From: Candidatus Oxydemutatoraceae bacterium
GTDB taxonomy: Bacteria > Pseudomonadota > Gammaproteobacteria > Poriferisulfidales > Oxydemutatoraceae
DNA: 64,000 bases
Direction: 5' to 3'
Assembly: GCA_965220085.1 (NCBI GenBank)
Contig: CBDCOZ010000003.1
Span: 448,001-512,000 of the forward strand
The notes beneath the pieces were generated by a model, which saw only the letters and a list, made by a program, of their open reading frames with translations, had not been told where the DNA came from and did not search any database. Every line of letters starts with the position of its first letter. The first letter of the stretch is position 1. Made by a program: the position numbers and the translations under genes. Below, piece by piece: positions 9,448 through 20,033 of the stretch.

Positions 9448-10914
9448 ATGCAGATATCTTTTTCATACGCAAAACGCAACGGCGTCTTCATCGGCGAAGA
9501 CGACGAAAGCGAATTGGCGCTGTTTTGCCGCTCCGGCGTATCCGCTTTTGTATTGCAGGAAGTTCAACGCGGGTTTTCGCGCGAGTTTGACCTGCGTGTG
9601 CTCGGCGATGACGAGTTTGACCGCGCGATGCAGAAGTCGTATGCCAATCAGTCACAAAGCATGTCCATGGTCAGCGATGCCGAAGACCATGTGATGGGGA
9701 TGGACGAGGTCGCGGCGGCGTTGGAGGAGCCGGAAGACCTGCTGCAAAACGAAGACGATGCCCCCATCATCAAAATGCTCAATGCCATTTTCTTTGAAGC
9801 CATTCGCGATAAGGCGTCCGATATTCATATTGAGCCGTATGAACGCGAGGTGCATATTCGCTTCCGCCTCAACGGCACCTTGCGCACCATGCTGACGTCT
9901 TCCATTCGCTTGGCGCCGCTGATCGTGTCGCGGGTGAAGATTCTCGCGCGGCTGGATATCGCGGAAAAACGCGTGCCGCAGGACGGGCGCATAACGGTGC
10001 GCCTCGGCGGTCGCAACGTGGATTTGCGCGTTTCCACCTTGCCTTCGAGTTACGGAGAACGCGTGGTTTTGCGGGTATTGGACAAGCAAAGCGAGCAAGT
10101 CACCCTCGACCAATTAGGCATGAGCGCCGAAACCAAAAGACAGTTCAAAGGCTTGGCCAACCGCCCGCACGGAATCGTATTGGTAACCGGCCCGACCGGG
10201 TCGGGCAAGACGACGACTTTATATGCCGTGCTGGCCGAGTTGGACCATAATCGGCGCAACATCATGACCATCGAAGACCCGATCGAATATAACTTTGAAG
10301 GCATCAGCCAGACGCAAGTCAACACCAAGGCCGGCATGACTTTTGCCCGCGGCTTGCGCGCGATCCTGCGCCAGGACCCCGATGTAGTGCTCATCGGCGA
10401 GATTCGCGATAACGAAACCGCGGGCATTGCGGTGCAAGCGAGTTTGACCGGACACCTCGTTCTGTCCACGCTGCACACGAATACGGCGGTCGGCGCGGTC
10501 ACGCGTCTGGGCGATATGGGGGTCGAGCCGTTTCTCCTGACCGCGACTCTGCAAGGCGTGCTGGCACAGCGGCTGGTCAGAAGGTTATGCCCCGAATGTC
10601 GCGAACCGATGCAAATAGCAAGCGATGATCTGCGGCTGGAGGACTTGGGCTTTGATATGCCGAAAGACGCCGTTATCTGCGCGCCGAAGGGGTGCGAAAA
10701 CTGTCATCACAGCGGCTTTTCCGGTCGCTTCGGGCTGTTTGATCTGGTCAAGATGGACGACACACTGCGGCAGCAGACGCACGACGGGGCAAGCGAGTTG
10801 GAAATGGAAAAGCATGTGCGCAACAAACAGCCTGACTTGCGTCAAATCGGCATGGAGCATGTGTTGGCCGGCGACACGACGATCGACGAAGTGATAGCCG
10901 TCACACTGCGCTAA
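9448..10914 (+). CDS. gspE: Type II secretion ATPase E
   Basis: ASDIHIEP, LDIAEKRVPQDGR, GPTGSGKT, LRQDPDVVLIGEIRD, TGHLVLSTLHTN, CxxC pairs. Confidence 0.97.
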   Translation: MQISFSYAKRNGVFIGEDDESELALFCRSGVSAFVLQEVQRGFSREFDLRVLGDDEFDRAMQKSYANQSQSMSMVSDAEDHVMGMDEVAAALEEPEDLLQNEDDAPIIKMLNAIFFEAIRDKASDIHIEPYEREVHIRFRLNGTLRTMLTSSIRLAPLIVSRVKILARLDIAEKRVPQDGRITVRLGGRNVDLRVSTLPSSYGERVVLRVLDKQSEQVTLDQLGMSAETKRQFKGLANRPHGIVLVTGPTGSGKTTTLYAVLAELDHNRRNIMTIEDPIEYNFEGISQTQVNTKAGMTFARGLRAILRQDPDVVLIGEIRDNETAGIAVQASLTGHLVLSTLHTNTAVGAVTRLGDMGVEPFLLTATLQGVLAQRLVRRLCPECREPMQIASDDLRLEDLGFDMPKDAVICAPKGCENCHHSGFSGRFGLFDLVKMDDTLRQQTHDGASELEMEKHVRNKQPDLRQIGMEHVLAGDTTIDEVIAVTLR

Positions 10915-10930
10915 GGGATGGCTTTCGCCG

Positions 10931-12130
10931 ATGCAATCCTATAACTACCGCGCTTATGATGCCAAAGGCAAGATAGTAAAAGGGGTTCTGGAAGCGGACT
11001 CCGAGCGCCACTTGCGCGCGCGCTTGCGCGAACAGAAAATGACGCCGGTCCAAGTGTCTTTGGTCGGCGCCGCAAGCGCTTTGTTTCAATTCCGGCGCAA
11101 GGTAAATGGCAACGACTTGATGCTGGTGACAAGGCAACTCGCCACCTTGCTCGGTTCGGGCATGTCGCTTGAGGAAAGCCTGCGCCTGATGGCGGAGCAA
11201 GCGGAAAACGTGCAGATCAAAAGGCTGGTGTCGTCGGTGCGCAGCAAACTTTCGGAAGGGCACAGCCTGTCCGGTTCCATGCAAAAATCCCCGGCCAGCT
11301 TCCCGCCGGATTATATCGCCACGATATCGGCGGGCGAGGAAACCGGACACCTGACCGAAGTGTTGGAGCGGCTTGCCGACGAAGTGGAACAATCCGGCAA
11401 GGCGCGGCAGTCGCTGAAAGCGGCGTTGATTTATCCCGCTTTGATGCTGACCGTCGCCTTGTCGGTCGTTGTTTTGTTGCTGGTGTATGTGGTGCCGCAA
11501 GTCACGCGGGTATTCAGCCAGATGAATCAGGAACTGCCGGCATTGACTCAGGCGCTGCTGACCTTGAGCAACTGGCTGCAGATGTATGGCGGCTATCTGT
11601 TCATGGCGGTTGTCGGCTCCGTGCTGATTTTTCTTTTAATGTTGCGCAATATCGAAAATCGCAAAAAGTGGGACCGCTTCCTGCTCGGCGTGCCGCGTCT
11701 TAAATACTGGATCGTGACCAGCAACAGCGCGGGGTGGTCGAGGAGCCTGGGCATGTTGTTGAGCAGCGGGGTGCCGATGCTGGAGTCGCTGAAGATAGCC
11801 GGCGAGCGCATCGGAAACCTCGCCCTGCGCGAGAGTTTGGAAGATGTGTCTGACAGCGTGCGCGAAGGCGACGGCCTTTTTAAGGCGCTGCTGAAGACGG
11901 GCGACTTCCCGCCTTTTTTGATTCACATGATCAGCAGCGGCGAATCCAGCGGCGCGTTGGATAAAATGCTGATTAAAGTGGCGGACTACTATGATCAGCG
12001 CATACAGACGATGATTAATACCGCGCTCAAATTGTTTGAGCCGTTGCTGGTTATAATAATGGGCGGGGTCGTGCTGTTAATTGTTATGGCGGTGCTGGTG
12101 CCCGTTATCCAAATGAATCAGCTTATTTAG
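10931..12130 (+). CDS. gspF: Type II secretion inner-membrane platform protein F
   Basis: RQLATLLGSG, GEETGHL, ALIYP, GESSGALD, EP..I..MG..V motifs. Confidence 0.96.
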   Translation: MQSYNYRAYDAKGKIVKGVLEADSERHLRARLREQKMTPVQVSLVGAASALFQFRRKVNGNDLMLVTRQLATLLGSGMSLEESLRLMAEQAENVQIKRLVSSVRSKLSEGHSLSGSMQKSPASFPPDYIATISAGEETGHLTEVLERLADEVEQSGKARQSLKAALIYPALMLTVALSVVVLLLVYVVPQVTRVFSQMNQELPALTQALLTLSNWLQMYGGYLFMAVVGSVLIFLLMLRNIENRKKWDRFLLGVPRLKYWIVTSNSAGWSRSLGMLLSSGVPMLESLKIAGERIGNLALRESLEDVSDSVREGDGLFKALLKTGDFPPFLIHMISSGESSGALDKMLIKVADYYDQRIQTMINTALKLFEPLLVIIMGGVVLLIVMAVLVPVIQMNQLI

Positions 12131-12142
12131 CGGGAGACAAAG

Positions 12143-12544
12143 ATGATGAAAAGAAAACGTTCCAAGACGCAGGGCTTTACCCTGATCGAAATTATGGTTG
12201 TTGTTGTGATACTCGGCATCCTCGCCGCCCTCGTCGTGCCGAATATCATGGATCGTCCCGACATGGCGCGTCAGGTCACCGCCAAGCAGACAATCCGCGC
12301 GCTGGAAGCGTCGATCGACATGTATCGTCTCGACCACATGAACTATCCGACCACGCTGGAAGACCTCGTCAGCAGCGGCAACATGAAAGAGATTCCCCCC
12401 GACCCGTGGGGAAATTCCTTCCAATACGAACGCAGCGGCGGTCGCAGCGGCAAGGATTTTGATTTGTACAGTTATGGACGCGATGGGGTCGCGGGCGGGG
12501 CCGGCCTTGATTCCGACATCGGTAACTGGGAATCCAAGAACTGA
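12143..12544 (+). CDS. gspG: Major pseudopilin G
   Basis: QGFTLIEIMVVVVILGILAALVVP prepilin site, YRLD..YPT, DPWG, SYGRDG, DIGNW. Confidence 0.96.
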   Translation: MMKRKRSKTQGFTLIEIMVVVVILGILAALVVPNIMDRPDMARQVTAKQTIRALEASIDMYRLDHMNYPTTLEDLVSSGNMKEIPPDPWGNSFQYERSGGRSGKDFDLYSYGRDGVAGGAGLDSDIGNWESKN

Positions 12545-12554
12545 GCACAGCGGG

Positions 12555-13178
12555 ATGCGCAAGCGCGTCAGTGGCTTCACGCTGATCGAGCTGGTCGTTG
12601 TCGCCCTGATTATCGGCATCGTTATTTCCGCCGCGGTGCTTTCTGTTTCCGTCGGCGAGCGTTCGCGGGCAAAGGAATTCGGCCAGAAGTTCATCAGCGT
12701 GATGAATGCCCTGTCTAACGAGGCCATCCTCAACGGTCGCGCTTACGGCTTGCACTGGGACCAAGCGGGGCGCAAACATACGGTGGTGTGTCTGCACGAA
12801 GACAAGGGAAACTGGGTGGCGCTCGGCGGTTGCCCCGGCGATGACAAATTTCTCACCCGCTTGCTTGGCGGCGGCAACACCGCAAAACAATTGCCCGCCC
12901 GCTGGGGGATGACCTTCTCAACCGATGCGAATAGCGCGCCGATTGCCGGCTTCGGCGATGTGCCCGCCGTTGACGAAGATTCTGTCATCATTATCGAGTC
13001 GGCGGATGACGAAGAGGAAAAAAAGATAACCCCGTGGGTCAGTTTTGAGCCGACCGGATTGTGGCAGCCCGACGGAGTCATGCGGATATTGGTCAATCAA
13101 CAACACCAGATGGCATTCCGCTGGACGGCAACCGGCCGGGTCAATATTGTTCGCGCCCAACCGGAAGGCGGCCCGTGA
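12555..13178 (+). CDS. gspH: Minor pseudopilin H
   Basis: MRKRVSGFTLIELVVV prepilin site; true start is ATG 12555; position in operon. Confidence 0.88.
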   Translation: MRKRVSGFTLIELVVVALIIGIVISAAVLSVSVGERSRAKEFGQKFISVMNALSNEAILNGRAYGLHWDQAGRKHTVVCLHEDKGNWVALGGCPGDDKFLTRLLGGGNTAKQLPARWGMTFSTDANSAPIAGFGDVPAVDEDSVIIIESADDEEEKKITPWVSFEPTGLWQPDGVMRILVNQQHQMAFRWTATGRVNIVRAQPEGGP

Positions 13179-13585
13179 AGCATTTTCGTTCGGCCGGCTT
13201 TACCCTGATCGAAGTGCTCATCGCCGTCGTCGTCCTGTCTATTTCGCTGGGCGCGGCGCTTGAGGCCCTGTCCGGATTTGCCAACACCCAGGCGCGCTTA
13301 CAGGAACGCTACTGCGCGCATCTTGTCGCGTGGGAAGACGCATTATTCTTTTATGCCGACGACGACGAGGTGGTGCAAGCCGGTTTTTCCGAGCAGTGCG
13401 GAGTCGATTGGAAAGTGGATACCGAGGAGTTTGAAATTCATGCCGCCGAAGACTGCGAAGAAGACGAATATTGCCTGCCGATCAGAATCGTTGCGCAAAC
13501 GCTGAAAGTGTACTCGCCGGCCAACGACGATATTGATGCGCGCCCGTCCGCCCGCTTGCAAGTGGTTAAGTTACGGTTGGATTAA
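13175..13585 (+). CDS. gspI: Minor pseudopilin I
   Basis: GTG start overlapping the gspH stop; AGFTLIEVLIA prepilin site. Confidence 0.87.
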   Translation: MKHFRSAGFTLIEVLIAVVVLSISLGAALEALSGFANTQARLQERYCAHLVAWEDALFFYADDDEVVQAGFSEQCGVDWKVDTEEFEIHAAEDCEEDEYCLPIRIVAQTLKVYSPANDDIDARPSARLQVVKLRLD

Positions 13586-14269
13586 ATGCGGCGGCAAGGT
13601 TTCACATTGATTGAAGTGATCATCGCGATGATGATTTTTGCGATTATTACGACCCTGACATTTCAAGGCCTGCAAACCTCCATGGATGTGCAACAGAAGG
13701 TCGAAGAGAAGGCGGCGGTATTTAAGGACATGCAGTTACTGGTGACCTTGATGCACGAGGACTTTTCCAATTTGATTCGCCGCTCGGTGCGTCCCTCGCT
13801 GGGCGACGATTATCTGCCCTCTTTTGCCATCGGCGACATAACGGAGCAAGGCCGGGAGTCGTCTTACGACTGTGTGGTGCAGTTTACGCGCGCCGGTTTG
13901 CCGCAAGGCGTCGGCGCGTTGCGCTCCGGAATGGTTCGCGTGGCATATTGCTTTGATGACGACAGCAACTTATACCGCCTGCTGTGGCCGGTGTTGGATC
14001 GGGCGCAAGACAGCCTGCCAAACGAGAGCCTGTTGATCGAAGAGGTCGCCGAGTTTGCGGTGGAGCTGAGCGAAGAAGATTTGGAGGAATGGGAAGAATA
14101 CGAGTGCGGCGATACCGCCCGCTGGACCGATACCTGTCGTGATTGGCTTCCCGGCGGCAGCGTAAAGATGACGCTGGGGCTTGATACCGAAAGCGGTTTG
14201 GTCAGTTTTAGTCGCAGTTTCCCGGTTGGCAGCGGGGTAGGGATACAGCTTTGGAAACTAAAGGCGTAA
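13586..14269 (+). CDS. gspJ: Minor pseudopilin J
   Basis: QGFTLIEVIIA; FTRAG, RVAY, L.R..WPVLDRA motifs. Confidence 0.92.
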   Translation: MRRQGFTLIEVIIAMMIFAIITTLTFQGLQTSMDVQQKVEEKAAVFKDMQLLVTLMHEDFSNLIRRSVRPSLGDDYLPSFAIGDITEQGRESSYDCVVQFTRAGLPQGVGALRSGMVRVAYCFDDDSNLYRLLWPVLDRAQDSLPNESLLIEEVAEFAVELSEEDLEEWEEYECGDTARWTDTCRDWLPGGSVKMTLGLDTESGLVSFSRSFPVGSGVGIQLWKLKA

Positions 14270-14271
14270 AC

Positions 14272-15591
14272 ATGAGGCGCGCATCGGGCATAGCGCTTTT
14301 GAGCGTGCTGATAGTTACCGCATCGGTGTCGGCGACCGCCTCGTGGTTGTTGTACAGCCAGCACATAAACATCAGTCGCACGTCTCAGGTGCTGGAGAGG
14401 GAGCAATCTTTCCTGTTTGCGTTAACGTTGGAAAAATTTGCGGGGGATCTGCTAAAACGAGAGGTTTACCCGCACGGCACGCCCAACCGGTTTTACGCGG
14501 CTAACAAAGGCGAGGGGCAGTGGTGGTCGCGCACCGCGCATCTGGGTCTGTTGCTTGGCGGGGTCAGCGGCGAAGTGTTCGAAGGGGTCAGCGGCATCAA
14601 CATGCAAATTTATGACCTGCAGGGGCTTTTTAACATTAACAAGTTGCTCGAAAGACCCGTTGACATAAGCGGTTGGAAAGGCGATATCGAGAAGTACCCG
14701 ATGATGGATTCCAGAAATTGGTCACAGGCGGTGATTCGAAATATCTTAAACAATGAAATCAGCCTGGCGGACCTCGATGATGATTCCGACATAACCCATG
14801 CCATGCTGTTTGACTCTTTGCGCGACTGGGTGGACCCCGATGATTCCGTGTATAACGACGGCGCCGAAGACGCCGCCTATAGCCTGTCACAAGTGCCCTA
14901 CCGCGCCGGCAACGCGGGCGGCTTGGCCATGATGCAAGAGCTGTTTTTTATCAACGGATTTAGAGAACTGTCGCGCGCGCAGGTTGAACGCCTGAACAAT
15001 TTGCTGGTCCCTCTGCCGATCTCGCGCGGTTCGAGACGGCTCAATCTATTGACTGCGCCGCCCAGATTATTGGAGTATCTGATAGAGCCGATAGTCGGCA
15101 AAGAAAAAGCGGCGGAAAAAGCGAGGGACTTGAGAGAGGCCATCTGCGAACCGCCGATCAATAACGCGGAAGCATTGCAAGCGAAGTTAAAAGATGTGTT
15201 AGTCGCGGATATTGAAGATGCAAATGAAGATACGGATGCCAATGCCGATAAAGATGCGGACGAAGTCAAAAAGGAAAACGAAGAAGAGAAGAAGAGAATC
15301 ATCGATTGGGCGGAACACGTCGGCGGCAAAATCTTCACCCTCGCCAGCGAGTTTTTTCTTGCGCACATATCGTTTCGCCATTTAAGCAGAGATTTTGAGA
15401 TGAATACCCTGTTCTACATCGACTTTCATTACCCCCAAGACGATGACCGCTATCCGGTGCAGGTGTTGTATCGTTATGCCGGCCCCAACCCCTATGAAGG
15501 CTTGCGCATGCACGAAGGCGCGAGCAACTGCCCGCCCCGCGAAGAAGAGGAATCGGACGACGACGAAAGCGAATCATTTGCACAACCGTAA
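14272..15591 (+). CDS. gspK: Minor pseudopilin K
   Basis: MRRASGIALLSVL, DLQGLFNIN, DWVDPDD, GAED..Y, LN L.TAP motifs; acidic insertions. Confidence 0.9.
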   Translation: MRRASGIALLSVLIVTASVSATASWLLYSQHINISRTSQVLEREQSFLFALTLEKFAGDLLKREVYPHGTPNRFYAANKGEGQWWSRTAHLGLLLGGVSGEVFEGVSGINMQIYDLQGLFNINKLLERPVDISGWKGDIEKYPMMDSRNWSQAVIRNILNNEISLADLDDDSDITHAMLFDSLRDWVDPDDSVYNDGAEDAAYSLSQVPYRAGNAGGLAMMQELFFINGFRELSRAQVERLNNLLVPLPISRGSRRLNLLTAPPRLLEYLIEPIVGKEKAAEKARDLREAICEPPINNAEALQAKLKDVLVADIEDANEDTDANADKDADEVKKENEEEKKRIIDWAEHVGGKIFTLASEFFLAHISFRHLSRDFEMNTLFYIDFHYPQDDDRYPVQVLYRYAGPNPYEGLRMHEGASNCPPREEEESDDDESESFAQP

Positions 15592-15594
15592 AAA

Positions 15595-16752
15595 ATGACG
15601 GCGGCAGTGCGAAGCCTTATAATAAAACCATCATCACCGGAAACATTTGATATGCGGAAAATTACTCTTGACTCAACCATTGTCGAATTGACATCATCGG
15701 AGGAACGCGCTTCCCCCGCCAACATCGTCTGGGTTCCGTCCGAGCAACTGTCTTTCGCCGATTGCCAAATGCCGCCCACGCGCAAAATGTTGCATCAAAT
15801 GGTTTCATTCGCGCTGGAAGATCAGGTGCTGGAACCGATTGAAAAATTGCACTTTGCATTAGGCAATCCGAGCGCCGACACGATACCCGCCATCGTGGTA
15901 TCGCGCCGGCGAATGGATGACTGGGGCGAGTTGCTCGCAAGCGAAGGCATCGGCAAGCATGTATTGCTGCCCGACATATACGCCCTGCCCTTTGAAGCAG
16001 GCCGGGTCGGCATCTGGCACGAAGGCGACCGTTGCCTGCTTCGTAACGGAGCGCACTCTGGCTTTGCCGGCAGCCTTGAATGGATTTCGGTAATCGCGGG
16101 CATGGAAAGCTACGCTAACCGCCTGGATATTTATAGCGATAATGTCGAAGCGCTGCCGGAGGAATGGCGCCCGCTCGCGCGTCCCTTATTGGCGCCGTTG
16201 GATGAGATGATGTTGCGTTGCAACGGGCGCGACGCCATCAACCTGCTCCAAAGCGATTATCGAACCTCCGCCCCGATAGCCGCATGGGCGCGCCCGTGGC
16301 GCGCGGCGGCGGCGATAATGCTGGCCGCGCTGACCGCTCACATCGGCAACATGACAGTTGCCGAGCGCCTGCTGGATGCGCAGACGAACGAGTTGCAAAA
16401 GGCCACCGTCGGCTTGTTCAAGACAATCGATGCATCCGGCAACCCGAGCAATCTGCGCGCCCGGGTATCGCAACAAGTACGGAACCTGCGCGAGCATCAG
16501 AACAAAAGCGAAAACAACGCGTGGGATATTATGGTTGAGCTGGATCGGGCGCTTTCCGGGTGCGACAGTTGCCGCGTGGAGTCGCTTGAGTTGGATGTCA
16601 ACACGGCAAAAATCAAGCTCCGCAGCGAAGGCGACTTTGAGCAAATCAAAGACACCTTGCTCAACATTCGGTCGCTTGAAGCGAGTCACAAAGTGTTGCG
16701 CGAAGGCGAGGGCTACAACCTCTCGCGGTTTGAATTCAAGGCGGTGTCATGA
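15595..16752 (+). CDS. gspL: Type II secretion protein L
   Basis: FALEDQV.EPIEKLHFA, PD..ALP, INLLQ..Y, W+TM pattern. Confidence 0.9.
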   Translation: MTAAVRSLIIKPSSPETFDMRKITLDSTIVELTSSEERASPANIVWVPSEQLSFADCQMPPTRKMLHQMVSFALEDQVLEPIEKLHFALGNPSADTIPAIVVSRRRMDDWGELLASEGIGKHVLLPDIYALPFEAGRVGIWHEGDRCLLRNGAHSGFAGSLEWISVIAGMESYANRLDIYSDNVEALPEEWRPLARPLLAPLDEMMLRCNGRDAINLLQSDYRTSAPIAAWARPWRAAAAIMLAALTAHIGNMTVAERLLDAQTNELQKATVGLFKTIDASGNPSNLRARVSQQVRNLREHQNKSENNAWDIMVELDRALSGCDSCRVESLELDVNTAKIKLRSEGDFEQIKDTLLNIRSLEASHKVLREGEGYNLSRFEFKAVS

Positions 16753-17246
16753 AGTCTCCTTTTGCCAATTTGGCGCGACTGTGGCAAGCGCGCGAACCGC
16801 GCGAGCAAGTCATGCTTATTGCCACGGTTGTTCTGCTAACCGCCTTCGTATTTGAAACATTCGCGTACCAACCGCTGCGGGCGAACTACGACAGCAGCGT
16901 TACCCGCCACGCCGCCGCAACCGATGATTACCGCTGGTTGCAAAGCAAGGCGCGCACTGTGAAGGACTTGCGGGCAAACAGCTCTGCGACCGTGACGATG
17001 ACAGCGGAGCAAAAGCGCGATGCGATTGAACAAAGCCTGCTGGAGTCGGGAATGGAGTTTGATATGGAAGTATTTGACGAGGAAGAAGGCAAAGGCATTT
17101 TGGCAGTCCGCATTAAAATCGCCGCCGGCAGGTCTCTGATGCGCTGGGTCGGCAAGCGCATCGAAGACGGTTATTGGTTGCGGGAGTTGTCGCTCAAAGC
17201 GAACCCCCGAGGGGATGTCTCCGCAACCGTTCATTTTGAGTTATAA
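16749..17246 (+). CDS. gspM: Type II secretion protein M
   Basis: W..R.PRE..L followed by TM and P; position after gspL. Confidence 0.85.
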   Translation: MKSPFANLARLWQAREPREQVMLIATVVLLTAFVFETFAYQPLRANYDSSVTRHAAATDDYRWLQSKARTVKDLRANSSATVTMTAEQKRDAIEQSLLESGMEFDMEVFDEEEGKGILAVRIKIAAGRSLMRWVGKRIEDGYWLRELSLKANPRGDVSATVHFEL

Positions 17247-17255
17247 GGCGGCGGG

Positions 17256-18032
17256 GTGTCCGTGTTCAAGCGTCTGCTATTTTTATTGCTTCTTGTGGTT
17301 CTCCTGCTCGGCGCCTTCGCCGCCTCGGTGCCCCTGCGCTTTATGGTCGATAACGCTGTCGTCGCCTTGCCGAAGGGCATATCGGATTTGCGCGGCGCCA
17401 TCGCAAAGGGCTCTGTGCGGCTGGATGTTGCGACACTGCCCGCCGCCCGCCCGATCGCGGCATCGCTGCCATCGATTGACATCGCATGGCAGTGGTGCCC
17501 CGGCATTCCCGATCTGGCGGCGCTATGTGTGCAAGCGCGCAGCAGCGCCGCGGATGTCGGTCTTGCCGGCGCGCTCGCATGGTCGCCGTTTGGCGCCACA
17601 ATTTCCGCCGCCTCGCTGACAGGAAACATAGATAACTTCCCGGTCAAAACGAGTCGGGCTTCGCTGCCCGTGAGCATGCAAATGAAAATGTCTCTGGACA
17701 ATGCCCGCTTTGCGTCCGGCGCGCTATTCCCGCAAGATGTGCGGGGGCGGATAGCGCTGCAGAAGCTAACCATCGCCGGCTATGACCTGGGAGACTTCAA
17801 CGCGGCTCTGGCATCCGATGAACAAGGGCGCATCGGCATCCGCCTGCAAGGCAAAGGAGAATTGATACGGACAGTCGTCGGTACCGCCGGAGTGACGGCG
17901 AAAGGCTGGGACTACGACATCACAGTGAAAACCGAAGACACCATCGTGCGCAGCTTCCTTGAACGCCGTGGCAAACCGTCGGCCGCCGGCTTTCAACTGA
18001 CCGCCAAAGGCAACTGGCAACGCCAACCATAG
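17256..18032 (+). CDS. gspN: Type II secretion protein N
   Basis: N-terminal TM, G.I..G and W.W pattern, LGDF; last gene of the gsp cluster. Confidence 0.7.
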   Translation: MSVFKRLLFLLLLVVLLLGAFAASVPLRFMVDNAVVALPKGISDLRGAIAKGSVRLDVATLPAARPIAASLPSIDIAWQWCPGIPDLAALCVQARSSAADVGLAGALAWSPFGATISAASLTGNIDNFPVKTSRASLPVSMQMKMSLDNARFASGALFPQDVRGRIALQKLTIAGYDLGDFNAALASDEQGRIGIRLQGKGELIRTVVGTAGVTAKGWDYDITVKTEDTIVRSFLERRGKPSAAGFQLTAKGNWQRQP

Positions 18033-18255
18033 CCCTCCCTTCGGGGGCTAAGCGGCCGCCTTGGCGGCAACTATTGCGCAGAGGCCGCAGACCCTTAAAT
18101 ACCGCCGGTCAGATAAACCGCGCCTTTCGTCACAATCGGTCAAACCGGCAGCGTTTTTAAGCGTATGTTTGGTTTTTTTAATGAGGGCGGACTTTGTTAT
18201 ACTATAGTTTATACAGTTAGTCCTCGCGAGTATTAACCGAAAAGAGGATTAAAAA

Positions 18256-18549
18256 ATGGAAGCACAAATGAATACCGAACAATACAACGCAATCATGGAC
18301 CAGCTTCGGATGCTTGGCACGAAATTTGATCACCTTGACACAAGGCTCGGCAACCTTGAGCAAAAGGTTGAGCACATTGACACAAGGCTCGGCAACCTTG
18401 AGCAAAAGGTCGGCGGGCTTGAAAAAGAGATGCGCGCATCTCACCAAAGCGCCATCCGCTGGGTGATGGGCTTGTTCGTAGCGGCATTGCTTGTAAACGG
18501 CCCGGTCATCGGCGCGATTGTCAGCGTCGTCATACTGAAGATGGTTTAA
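18256..18549 (+). CDS. Small coiled-coil protein with C-terminal membrane anchor, copy 1
   Basis: AAGAGG RBS; heptad repeats (DTRLGNLEQKV); IRWVMGLFVAALL TM. Confidence 0.8.
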   Translation: MEAQMNTEQYNAIMDQLRMLGTKFDHLDTRLGNLEQKVEHIDTRLGNLEQKVGGLEKEMRASHQSAIRWVMGLFVAALLVNGPVIGAIVSVVILKMV

Positions 18550-18947
18550 TGAGCACGACCCTCGCACAACTCATGGAGCAAGCCGCAACCGCAGCAGACA
18601 CGGTAGAAGTAGCGGACGCAAAGAACATGGTCGGCGATGCCAACACCCAGTTTGTCGATGTGCGCGACCTGCGCGAGTTACAGGAACACGGCAAGATCCC
18701 CGGAGCGATTCACGCATCGCGCGGCATGCTGGAATTTCTAATCGACCCGCAAAGCCCGTATCACAACAAAGCGTTCGTGCCTGCCGGCGCAACAGAAGGG
18801 AAGCGCTATGTGGTCTATTGCAAGTCGGGCGGTCGCTCTGTTCTTGCCGCTGCCAGAATGAAAGAGATGGGATATCACAATGTATGTCACATGGCGGGCG
18901 GCTTTAAGTTGTGGCAAGATTCAGAGGGCGAGATCGAGCAAACATGA
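18549..18947 (+). CDS. Rhodanese-like domain protein, copy 1
   Basis: FVDVRD..E..G.IPGA, RGMLEF, active-site loop YCKSGGRS, GGF..W. Confidence 0.9.
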   Translation: MSTTLAQLMEQAATAADTVEVADAKNMVGDANTQFVDVRDLRELQEHGKIPGAIHASRGMLEFLIDPQSPYHNKAFVPAGATEGKRYVVYCKSGGRSVLAAARMKEMGYHNVCHMAGGFKLWQDSEGEIEQT

Positions 18948-19328
18948 TGGCTAGTCAAGCATTCGGAAATATCGCCGGACAATGCCCGCTTTGCAACCGG
19001 TGCGCCATTCCCGCAAGACATGCGGGGCGGATGGCGCCGCAACGGCTAACCCTCGCCGGCTTTCAACTGACTGCCAAAGGCAACTGGCAACGCCAACCAT
19101 AGCCCTCCCTCCGGGGGCTAAGCGGCCGCCGCCTTGGCGGCAACTATTGCGCAGAGGTCGCAGACCCTTAAATACCGCCGGTCAGATAGACCGCGCCTTT
19201 CGTCACAATCGGTCAAACCGGCAGTGTTTTTAAGCGTATGTTTGGTTTTTTTCAATGAGGGCAAACTTTGTTATACTTGGTGTATACAGTTAGTCCTCAC
19301 GAGTATTAACCGAAAAGAGGATTAAAAA

Positions 19329-19601
19329 ATGAAAACGCAAATGAATACCGAACAATACAACGCAATCATGGACCAGCTTCGGATGCTTGGCACGAAATTT
19401 GATCACCTTGACACAAGGGTCGGCAACCTTGAGCAAAGGTTCGGCAACCTTGAGCAAAAGGTCGGCGGGCTTGAAAGAGAGATGCACGCATCTCATCAAA
19501 GCGCCATCCGCTGGGTGATGGGCTTGTTCGTAGCGGCATTGCTTGTAAACGGCCCGGTCATCGGCGCGATTGTCAGCGTCGTCATACTGAAGATGGTTTA
19601 A
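19329..19601 (+). CDS. Small coiled-coil membrane-anchored protein, copy 2
   Basis: Near-identical to 18256-18549, one heptad shorter. Confidence 0.8.
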   Translation: MKTQMNTEQYNAIMDQLRMLGTKFDHLDTRVGNLEQRFGNLEQKVGGLEREMHASHQSAIRWVMGLFVAALLVNGPVIGAIVSVVILKMV

Positions 19602-19787
19602 TGAATACCGCGCAATACAACGCAATCATGGGCCCGCTTTGCAACCGGTGCGCCATTCCCGCAAGATATGCGGGGCGGCGGGCACAGCAAAGGCTAACCC
19701 TCGCTGGCTATAACCCGGCGAGTTTTTGTTATACTGTGGTTCACAGTCCTCACGAGGATTAACCTAAGGGAGGACGAAAACAAGGAA

Positions 19788-20033
19788 ATGCAAATGGATA
19801 CCGCGCAATACAACGCAATCATGGGCCCGCTTCGGATGCTTGGCACAAGGCTCGGCAACCTCGGCACAAGGGCCGGCAACCTCGGCACCCGTGTCGGCGG
19901 GCTTGAAAAAGAGATGTGCGCATCTCATCAAAACACCATCCGCTGGGTGATGGGTTTGCTCGTAGCGGCATTGCTTGTAAACGGCCCGGTCATCGGCGCG
20001 ATTGTCAGCGTCATCATATTGAAGACAGTTTAA
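19788..20033 (+). CDS. Small coiled-coil membrane-anchored protein, copy 3 (diverged)
   Basis: Same N-terminus and TM; shorter LGTR/AGNL repeats; AAGGA RBS. Confidence 0.7.
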   Translation: MQMDTAQYNAIMGPLRMLGTRLGNLGTRAGNLGTRVGGLEKEMCASHQNTIRWVMGLLVAALLVNGPVIGAIVSVIILKTV